Assembly (NCBI RefSeq): GCF_006345805.1
Contig: NC_043010.1
Location: forward strand, 59,706,001 to 59,770,000
Length of the DNA: 64,000 nt
Origin: Octopus sinensis
Lineage: Eukaryota
Reading direction: 5' to 3'
Shown here: one piece after another, positions 1 to 9,511 of the stretch
Position numbering within the stretch: the stretch's first letter is position 1
How the letters are laid out: each line of letters opens with the position of its first letter
Program-made: the position numbers and the translations under genes
The notes under the pieces: generated by a model
The model's database searches: none
Seen by the model: only the letters and a program-made list of their open reading frames with translations
Told to the model about the DNA's origin: nothing

Positions 1-814
1 ATTTTGTTGGAAATTATAATTTGTAGGAAAACTAAGATTGCTCAGAAACAATTGTTTAAATGCAATATATTCTCCAAACAATTCTGTCAGATCTTCACAA
101 ATTCTTTGTAGTTCCTTTATTCCTTTCTACTTTCTAAATTCCTCTTCCTTTTTATTATTATTCTTCTGAAACATTTTTTGTAGCAGAATGTTTACCATTA
201 TAGAGAAATGATGATGACATGTAACAGTAGAGGGAAATATCTCTGAAGAGTAATCCTGTATACTGTGGTACATATTTTATTTGTGTGTGTAGGTGTACCT
301 CTCTGTATGTCTTTGTGTAAGATTTTGTTATATTTTATTGCATTTGTATTTTTTGGTAATTTTTTTCTTGTTTTCTTCTCATAAATTATATTATACTTTC
401 TCTTCTCTTGTTCTCGTATGTGTAACTACGGCTAAACTAGTCATGTTCTAACTGATAAAACTATAAATTCCTCTGTTTAGACTGAATTAATTGTTTGCAT
501 ATTTGATCTGCTCTTATTTTCTCAAATATATTTTACATAATATTAACACATGTAAATCTCTTGTAACATTCTTCCCAATTGAGGAATTGTACATCGTTTA
601 ATCATACTGGTGGATAAATGATTTTAAATGTTTTAATTAATTTGCATAGTGAAAGTATCCAAATATGGAAGCCAGTTGAAGATGTAAATTTTCTTTGATT
701 AAATATGTTATGTTAATTAGTGGATTAAAATTAAGACAGATTCTAATTAAATGATATTTGATGTCATATCTTTTTACAAGAGCTTGCTGATATTATGACC
801 TGTTTTATCAGTGG

Positions 815-1010
815 TTGCAAGTCAGTGCAAAAATCAGCATTTAGGTTTCTTCACTTTCTAGAAATAGCAGCCGAATCTCACTCAAGTTATAGCCTACAGT
901 TTTACAAATGAAAGGAGACATTACACTGTGTGTCCAAGATATTAGTCTGAAGCAAAGGATAGGATGGTCACTGCTGGAGTGTCTTCTCTATCAAAACCAG
1001 CCTGATACTG
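815..1010. repeat. Degenerate interspersed repeat shared at equivalent positions in intron 1 of G1 and G2 (copy at about 10905..11095)
   Basis: ttcactttctagaaatagcagccgaatctcactcaag aligns by eye to ctccactttcttgaaatagcagccaaatctcactcaaa. Confidence 0.45.
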
Positions 1011-1249
1011 AACAGCAACATATTTTATCATGAGAATATTGATATACAGATTAGGGAGGATATAAAAGAATTCATATTAAAAAAAAATGTTAATTTCTAT
1101 TCCTGTTTCCATAGAACTGTCCTAAAACCTCTTCCTATGTTATTAACGTTTTCCCCCGTCTTGATGGTACATTCTATTATGATCTTATCTCTAACGTAGC
1201 TCTGATGTCTATGATTTATTAAAGCCTCTTGCTTTTTCATCAGGATGCT

Positions 1250-1560
1250 TGCTTTGCAACCATGTGGTTTTGGCTTCGATCCCACTGTGCATCATTTTGG
1301 GAAAGAGCTTCTAATATAGCCCTGGACTTGCTCTTGTGAATGAATTTGGTGGATAGAAATGTGGAAGCTTGTTGTGTGTGTGTGTGTCCCACCTCTTGAC
1401 AACCAATGATTGTTTATATCCTAATAACTTTACAGTTTGACAAAAGAGACTGATAGATTAAGTACCAAACACCAAAAAATTTATATTGGGGCCGATTTGT
1501 TTGTCTTAACCTTTCAAGGCTATACCCCAGCATGGCCGCAGTCCACTTATTGAAACACTT
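1250..1560 (+). mobile_element. SINE-like element (tRNA/CORE-type head, internal TG tract)
   Basis: B-box-like ggcttcgatcccactg, CORE-like ttgggaaagagcttct, and gatagattaagtacc segment resembling other SINE copies in the window. Confidence 0.45.
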
Positions 1561-2599
1561 CAAAACAAAGTGATAAAAATGGTCAGACATTTGTAGGTAT
1601 CATTTAATCATAACATAAAATTATAACAATAATTTCTGACTTCATCCTCTTAGATTCACCTATTTATGTCTCCCTAAGCAAGTTACTTAAGAAAAATTAT
1701 AGTTTTTTAAAAACCATAGTTATATATATATATATTGAAGCCTAGTAAAAGAAAAATATTTTCTAACGTCGCATGAATCTTATCCAAGGGAGCTAACTAT
1801 AGAAATTACAATGCACTGTTTCCTGTCAGATTTTACAGCATGGTTTTCCATGGAAACCACATTTCTTGTTATTTTGCCCTGAGCACATGAATTCTCGTAT
1901 TTTTCTCGAATCCTCTTACCTATATTCATGTCAGATTAAAAAGAAAATATGGTATGATGATTTCTTTATGCAGTTTTTGGAAAGTATTTTCAAAATAAAG
2001 TATTTTCCAAATAAGTGTAAGCAGGAATGTTGTTATATTTCGGGATAGCAATTATTTTGTTTTTGCCAAATAACCACATACACAAATGCATAAATATATA
2101 TACAGGAGACTATTAAATTATATCGAATAAAATAATGAGGAAAAAATATTTAGCAGTTTAAACAGTCTTTGAACCCTTAAGATTATTTAGTGGATATGTG
2201 TAGCAAACTTGGTGAGTTGTGACAAGATACAATTTTTCAAAGTTATGTTTGCCACCTTCAAAATATTAAGCCCTTATAAATGAATAATGAAGGAACTGAG
2301 CTTTCCTCAGTGATTATATATGAGATGAAAATTGTACTTGAATGAAGTTGTTAAATCTAGTGGCTTCATATTTCTTATCATTTACACTTCATTATACAAA
2401 GAGAGATAATATTTATTATTGAAAATTACTTCATTTTATATCTTATGGTAGGATGCAATACCTGACATGAATATGTAAATAACTGTTCAAATGAATTATT
2501 TTTGACCCACATTCTCAGTTAAATATTTATATTTATCTTTCAGATTAATAAAGTGAAACCTCAATATTTGTGGGCACTGTATTAACATCAAGACTAGAG

Positions 2600-5500
2600 A
2601 TGCAGTTGTTTCTGTGTGTTTTACTGACTTTCTTCCACTGTTCTCTAAGTGAAGATATCACATATCATGTTAAAGAAGAGAATAGTCCCTATACCTATGT
2701 AGGGGACATTGCTACTGACTTACAGAAATCAGACAGCTCCTTCTTAAAGAATAAGGATTTAATTACATTTAGTCAACTACAGCAAAAGGGAGAACAGTTG
2801 TTCAATGTGACGAGAACAGGTAAACTGTACACTGTTGAGACATTGGATGCTGAGTCTGTGTGTAGTTATGAGAAAGAATGTTTTGAAATCGTTAAAGTTG
2901 CAGTTCACAAATCCAAGACATTTATGAAGATCTTAAAGATTAAAGTCATCATAGAAGACATCAATGACCACCAACCTGAGTTTCCTAATGAAGAAATCAA
3001 ACTGATCTTTGGAGAAGGAGACAGAGATGGTATGAAGAAACCCATACCTAATGCCATTGACAAGGATATGAGTCCAGAAAACAGCTTAATTACTTATGAA
3101 TTAGATGGTGGAGATAACTATTTTTCATTAAGTGTTTCCAAAGAAGATGATGGATTATCAACATTAGAAATTATATTAGAAGAGAAATTAGATAGAGAAA
3201 AGAAGGACGATTATGATATTGAAGTCATTGCTAAAGATGGAGGAACTCCACCAAAACAATCTGTTTTAAATGTGAAAATATCTGTGGAAGATCAAAATGA
3301 TAATAAACCACAATTTTCTCAACGTATCTACAATGTTTCTATAGAACATAAACATAAAAAGACTATTCCAGTAGTCACATTATCTGCCAGTGATTTAGAC
3401 ATTGGCAGGAATGGTAAAATATCTTTCTATTTCGGTCGAAAAACAGATGCTAAAATGAAAGAATACTTCCATCTAGATGAAAATTCTGGGAAATTATTCT
3501 TAGAAAAACCTTTAAATCTGGATATAAAAGAGTCATTTAAATTGTATGTAAAAGCTAAAGATAATGGTATGCCTCCTCTCAGTTCCATAGCAACGGTTAT
3601 GGTAAATGTTATCAACCAACACAACAATCCCCCAAATATTGATGTGAACTTTATTTCTACACAGAATCACAACACAGCTACCATTCTGGAAGACATCAAA
3701 GTTGGTAGTTTCATTGCTTATGTGATGGTCACTGACAACGATGTTGGACACAATGGACAGGTGAACTGTCATATCAAAGATGACACATTCAAACTACAGT
3801 CAATGGGATCGAAGGAATATAAAATAGTTCTAAAGAAAGCAGTAGACAGAGAGACACAGGAACATTATCACTTTACTGTGTCGTGTGAAGATAAAGGATT
3901 ACCTGCTCTGAAAACTGATAAAGATCTGTCAATCCAAGTGTTGGATGTGAATGATGTAGAACCACACTTTACGAAAGACACATTCAAGTTCCTTACCTAT
4001 GAGAATGACAAAGCTAATTTCCCTATTGGCTTTATCAATGCTACAGACCCAGATATTGGTAAGGGAGGTGAATTGTCTTATTCTCTGAGAAATAAACAGC
4101 AATATCGTCTGCCATTCCAGATTATCAACTCTGGCTTTATTTCAACAAACCAGTCTTTAGACAGAGAACACAGAGATTTCTATGAGTTTGAGGTTTTTGT
4201 GAAAGACAATGGAAGCCCATCTCTGAATAACACAGTGAATGTTGAAGTGGAAGTATTGGATAGAAATGATAATGCTCCATATTTTACATTTCCTAGTGTT
4301 GACCCTTTCACTCTTAATGTCCACTATCATCCGCAAAGTAAGAACGACATCACAGTTCTGAAAGCATCTGATATAGACAGTCACATGAATGCTTTTCTCA
4401 GGTACGAAATCGTTTCAGGTAACGAGAGACAGTTATTTAAACTAGACTCGTTCACTGGTGTGTTATCTTACTCTCGCACAGTTTACCAAAACGATGCCGG
4501 ATCATATGAGCTTGAGTTTGTTGTGAAAGACAGTGGTACTCCAGTTCTGTCAGCAACAACTAGTGTGTCTTTGACACTGACTGTTAGTAACAAGACGTCA
4601 CCAATGTTCACAGCTGTGCACCTACCAAGTGATAACACAATAGATGCGACATTGTTGATTATCATTGTAGTAGCAGCTGTGATAGTATCTATAGCTATTG
4701 TGGTTTCTATAACCCTGTGTATTGTGAGATGTAACAATGTGAGAAATAGCTCATCTGAAAGAACTGCAGAAGAGAAACAGGCATACCAATGTCGCAATGA
4801 GATGAGACAGTTGATCTATCAAGGTAACAACAGTGTACCTGTGATGTCAGGTAATCGAGGAGAGATGTCAGACAGATATGGTCATTCGAGGAGCCATTAC
4901 TATCCTGAAGACTGGAAGACATCGACAATGAGCAGAACTCTTCAAAAGTCTACAAAGGTAAGCTAATGTATAATTAAGAATGATTTTACTAAATGTTTTA
5001 TGTTTGACAATTATGGTTTTGTTGACCAATTTTATGGAATATTTTAGATTGTAAGTCTTCTAAAGATAGATTATTTCTCATTCAGAAAATACAATTCCTG
5101 GTATGGTGATGAATATTTTTTACTGTATTGATTTATTTATGATTATTTCTGTCTGTAACTTGTAAAATGATAGGATCCCAGACAACTTGGGGGGAAACCC
5201 CTCAGTAAAAACTATTGAGATAATTCTCTTGAGTCTGATGGTGAAGACAGCATGCCAAACTCTGCATCTCTTTTGAAACCAACATTGCATTGGAAAAACA
5301 GTCATGCATGCACCCATGCACACACATACACACACACACATATACGCATACACAGATTCCAAGCTTACATTATCCTTCCAGAAAGAAGTCCCTGAAAGGC
5401 CATAAATATTTTCCTTAATCTCCCATATCTCATATGAATCACTTGGTTTAATCCTTAATCCTCAAACTGTAACTCTCGGGAATCTCTGACTTCACACATT

Positions 5501-8500
5501 GACTTACATTTGCTTACATTTATTTTACAGCAGAAATACAGTCAACCGATTGAGGTGACATCTTATGGAGACAACAGACCATCTTCTCACTATCCCACTG
5601 ACACACTGGCCAGTCGTAAGAGCAGTGGACAGTGCTGGAGTGAGCGGTCAAGCAGACAGTATGAAGAAATACCAGCAATGTCAGGTAAAACAATCTCATT
5701 CATTTATTTTTTTATTATTACCAGTGGTACACAATGGAGTGAACCCTAAATAAAGCACAGGATTTTGATGACATCAATTTTTTTATATATTCAATCCAGA
5801 ACGCGGCTAACATTTACATGAATTAGTAAGGATTATCACTTTAAGATGACCTTCAATGTTTGTGGACAACACACAGTTGTCCATTTGTTTTGGGCTCAGT
5901 GTTTCATCGCGTGCTCAACTACATATATTCATATTGTTATAAACTTAGCTTTATTACAATTTGTAATAAAGAACATGGAATAATTACATGATGGTCCATT
6001 TCATCAGGTGATGATGGTGGCACAACGGCAGCAGTGGTCTCCATCCAACACGACCTCATCAAGTTGAAAGATTGTAGTAAAGAATCTGATCTTACATTTC
6101 CCCCCCAGCATAAGGTCCTTCTCATTTATGCATAAACCTGCATCTTTTTGCCAGTTTCTGTATGGCCTGCAACATTCAGATTTTTTCTTCTTGATATTGA
6201 AATAAGTTGCATGTTTTTTCACATTCCAGATGTGTTTGTATAATATTGTATTCTTCTCTTCTAAATGTCTGAAGAAAGACGTATAATTGAACTTTCTGTA
6301 GACTTTGTACATGGTATTAAGACTTAGTTTGATGGAAGTGACTTTTGCTTCATATTTGCTCATTGCAACTTTTGTCTTTCTCAATGTGCAATCAATTTAG
6401 ATTAATTTGCTTGATTTTCTATGTTATGAGATTTGTTTCGTTGTGATTACAGTTCAGCATCTTGCTAGCTTTTCTGTAGTTTCCACATCTATGTATTTCT
6501 TATAGCGCATCTGTGTGTGTGTTGCTGTGGGACATCTTTCCTTTGGTGCTCTTGTGTTGTTTCCCATAGCTGGTTGTCTGGGAGTTCCTGATCTCTCTGG
6601 CAGGGACTAGCCTGTCTCATTCTTCTCACTGCTATTTCCTCAGACAGCCCCGATGGCGCTCTACACCCACACTTGTTATAAACATGCCTATTCTCTTTGG
6701 TGTTAAGCAATGCCTGCAATATTATTATATTGTATCAACCAACCAGAGATTCCTGCTGGGAAGGCAGATTCTACCTTTGCATAGTAAGAAATTTATAAGG
6801 AAATATAGACCATTGTGTGGAGAGTGCAGTGAATTTAGGTAGGTTAATTAATGAGTAAAATAAATGGGATTTTGAGAGAATTAATTATTTGTGCTGTTAA
6901 GTAGAAAAATAACTTATTTTTATTTAGGAAGTTTTATAAAATGAAGATTGTGTGATAATTAAGTAGTGGACCTTTTAATTAGGTTGTGATGTGATTTTCT
7001 CCTTTCCTGTGTCTGAAAGATGTATGATTAAAATAAACTTTAAATTTATCTTCTACTATACATATATCCGCCATTCACATTTTCACCATCTTCTCTCTCT
7101 TCTCCCTTACTCCTCACTTCCTTCAACTGGGGTAACTATGTATTTCCTTTACCTCAAGACACCTCCCTCAGTACTATACCCCACCCCTGCTGAGTGGTCT
7201 TGTCTTGGTGACCTCATCAAGTACCCAGTTCGAAAAGTACTCACTTTGCTAAGTAACCAGTACACTTTGGAAAGTGGTTGGCATTAGGAAGGGCATCAAG
7301 CTATAGAAACCAAAGCAAGTGCAGTCTTCTGACTTGCCAGCTGTTGTCAAACTGTCCAACCCATGCCAGCATGGAAAACAGATGTTGCTTAATGATGATG
7401 ATTTAAGTTTGGTTCGGTAGAGGTGACATCTGTTCTGTATGTGCTCATTTCAGCATTACAGGATTGAGGAGGCATGGATTTGTTTCTGCATTTGGATTTA
7501 GCATTGGTAATTTCGTTGGTTTACATGCTATGAGATTCTCCACATCAGAAGTAATGGTTGATAAATGTAGAGCAATTAGGACTAGATTTTAGCCATATAT
7601 TAATTATGACATTTAATAAAAAGGAGTGTGTGGACCAGATGTTGTTCAGGTATCTTTTCTTAGTAATAGATGATGAAGTTTTCAGAATATATATAAGATC
7701 TATGTTTGATTCTACTAGCTTCTAATGCATTATGAGAGACCATTTGAAGATTACTTAGTTTTTGAATGACAAATGAAACTTGAAGTAACAATATATTATA
7801 ATATATTAAACATGCAATATGTTAGTTACCTGGCTGCACCCCCCCACACACACACACGCAAAGACCTATCAATAGATGCACAAATGTACATATCATTTCA
7901 TAAGGGTCTACATAAATATGTACACACCCTGAAGACATATTTATCTACTTTGTTTATCACACACACACATTTTTAGATTATAATTTTTTGTGTTCATAAT
8001 AGATTTGCTTTGCACTTGTCTTATCTGACTGTTCCATTTTAAACCCTTAGAAGATGTTATTTGTGGATGCTCTCCTCTTTTCAGTCTATATAGCATCTAT
8101 TATTAACATCAACACTTCTCTAAGTTGAAATGGGATTATTTTGCCTGTAACGACATTTGTGCCAATCAAATTGAATTCAGTCAATTATAATTATTATAGC
8201 GATAAGTTAAAAATATACCCACAAACCCTTTTCCCCACAAGTTAAAGCATAGCTTACATTGCTGACATCTCGTCAGTTGTTCATTGTAATGCTTGAGGGT
8301 CTAATTGTGTTGTCAGATATCATTCTTTTGTGGTTGTTATTTTTATAGATCACTGACTACACATAAAATGATTGATTTCTAATGTCAGTGAGTCAATACT
8401 TATTGTCTCCATGAACTATGTAGTAAGTTTATTTGATATATATATTTGTATATGTGTGTTTCAGGAATCTATGGTGGTGCCCCACCCGATGTATCAAGCA

Positions 8501-8586
8501 CCAGTGAGAGAGACCATTACCAAGACAGATATGTGAAACCTCCAGAGAGACAGTTACCTTCAACACCAGATGTTGTTGTCAGTTAA
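2600..8586 (+). CDS. PCDH: Protocadherin G1 (6 EC + TM + cytoplasmic tail), join(2600..4957,5531..5684,8465..8586), 877 aa; exon 1 lies upstream of the window
   Basis: Signal peptide MQLFLCVLLTFFHCSLS; cadherin motifs DINDHQPEF, LDRE, DQNDNKPQF, DVNDVEPHF, DRNDNAPYF; EC1 Cys-X5-Cys (CSYEKEC); TM LLIIIVVAAVIVSIAIVVSITLCIV. Acceptor tttcag|2544, donor AAG|gtaag after 4957, acceptor cag|cag at 5531, donor G|gtaaaa after 5684, acceptor tttcag|8465. Phases 0 and 1 join in frame to ...PDVVVS*. Symbol is family-level only. Confidence 0.93.
5990..6400 (+). mobile_element. Possible highly degenerate CR1/L2-type reverse transcriptase remnant
   Basis: Fragments translate as DD...IQHDLIKLKDC and TLYMVLRLSL, weakly like LQxDLxxLxxW and LYxxLVRPxLEY; many stops. 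Confidence 0.3.
6480..6720 (-). mobile_element. RTE-clade LINE C-terminal fragment (degenerate)
   Basis: ORF 6489..6719 reads ALLN..RHVYN..LSEEIAVRRMRQASPCQRDQELPDNQLWETTQEHQRKDVP, matching the RTE C-terminal pattern ALNISWxxHxTN..I..RRLRxAGHCxRxxE..LWxPxHGxRxRGRP. Confidence 0.65.
7255..7403 (+). mobile_element. Partial non-LTR 3' end / SINE with (GAT)n tail
   Basis: gtggttggcattaggaagggcatc...tccaacccatgccagcatggaaaac...gatgatgat, same family as 38775..39033. Confidence 0.55.
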
Positions 8587-8902
8587 GTGAGACTGAGAAA
8601 GGAACACAACAGAAATAATATCTCACCTTCAACATTCACACAACATTTAAAAACAACACAAATATTTTAGTTAATTAACAATATTTCCCCACATATGACT
8701 GGGAATATTCCTATGTGTTCCACACAGTATCTTTTATGTTTGAACATCTCTAGAAATGAAGACCTACATAACAGCATTAGGCATGAATAAGCAATGTGCA
8801 GTCATATAAGACAACGTTAAGGTAAATATTGTAAGAAATTATAGATAGTTTTTTACTCTGGTGAAATGTAATTCATATTCTAAAGTTTTCATCACAATAT
8901 AC

Positions 8903-8908
8903 AATAAA
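8903..8908 (+). terminator. Candidate polyadenylation signal (AATAAA) of G1
   Basis: AATAAA about 320 nt after the stop and about 110 nt before the next cassette. AATAAA lies at a similar distance before the other cassettes: 19021, 26881, 35955, 44405, 52312. The sequence is AT-rich, so chance matches are possible. Confidence 0.4.
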
Positions 8909-9016
8909 TCTCTTAATTTCATGACCTAAAATAATTATGTTACATTTTAGAAAATATTTTATATAGTTTACGTATCATTAAATTTTCCAAATACGTTAAT
9001 AAGTATGTAATAGGAG

Positions 9017-9511
9017 ACTATTATTGTGAATATCGTATTTACATTTTAAATTACACACACATTAACAACATCAGCCATATTTTGTTAATATAACCTCTCT
9101 GTTCTAAGGATTTCTATGTCAGTCTCTCTCCACATCAGACATGTTGGTGTTATATAGACTTATCATGGCTGACTGTTAGTGGAGCTGAGAGTGTGTGTTC
9201 TCTCACTACTCTGTCTTTGTGTGTGAGAGGCAACATCTAGTCTGAGAGAGGCTGTAGTAAGCATCACCCATCCTACTCCTCCTCCTCCTCCCTTTCACAC
9301 ACACTCACACACATACATACACTAAACACCACACATCCACAAAGGAAGACTGAGAGGGCACTGCTGGTTCCCACTGACTCACCACCAACACTATTCCATC
9401 AACATGAAGCCATTGTCACACCATAGCAGCAGTGACACAGACAACCATTAACAACAGAACATTGGGACCAAGTCACAGTTTATACAACAAAGGATTTTAC
9501 ACAATGAAGGT
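9017..9511 (+). promoter_or_regulatory. Conserved promoter / 5' exon-1 cassette of G2
   Basis: ~500-bp block near-identical in six copies, ending acaATGAAG|gtaagtttgtt (strong donor); TATA-like ttatatag at about 9150; (TCC)n and (CA)n tracts; uORF1 9404..9451. TSS not determinable from sequence. Confidence 0.75.

Noticed and set aside
2570-2599. ORF-track starts at GTG 2570 (G1) and TTG 12234 (G2), and ORF ends past the KSTK donor
   Set aside because: Bacterial-style start calls; the homologous ATG (2600, 12264) starts the signal peptide in all paralogs, and the conserved GT donor marks the real exon end.
3427-4928. Recurrent minus-strand ORFs inside each large exon (MRHWYACFSS.., MTVYIRCFQN.., MTVHLSIVSN..), tempting as antisense genes or an analogue of the vertebrate Pcdha antisense lncRNA
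   Set aside because: They recur only because the sense exon is near-identical between paralogs; no independent coding signal or antisense promoter can be shown from sequence.
5549-5640. VTSYG as a WIRS motif and GQCW as a delta-Pcdh conserved-motif remnant
   Set aside because: WIRS requires Phe after S/T (here Tyr), and the similarity to the GHSDxCW motif is too short to support.
8575-8586. C-terminal DVVVS* as a PDZ-binding motif
   Set aside because: PDZ ligands end in a hydrophobic residue; this ends in Ser.
9170-9190. ctgttagtggagct as a CTCF/CSE-like site
   Set aside because: Only loose similarity to the CTCF core, and no CGCT box; needs a PWM scan or ChIP.
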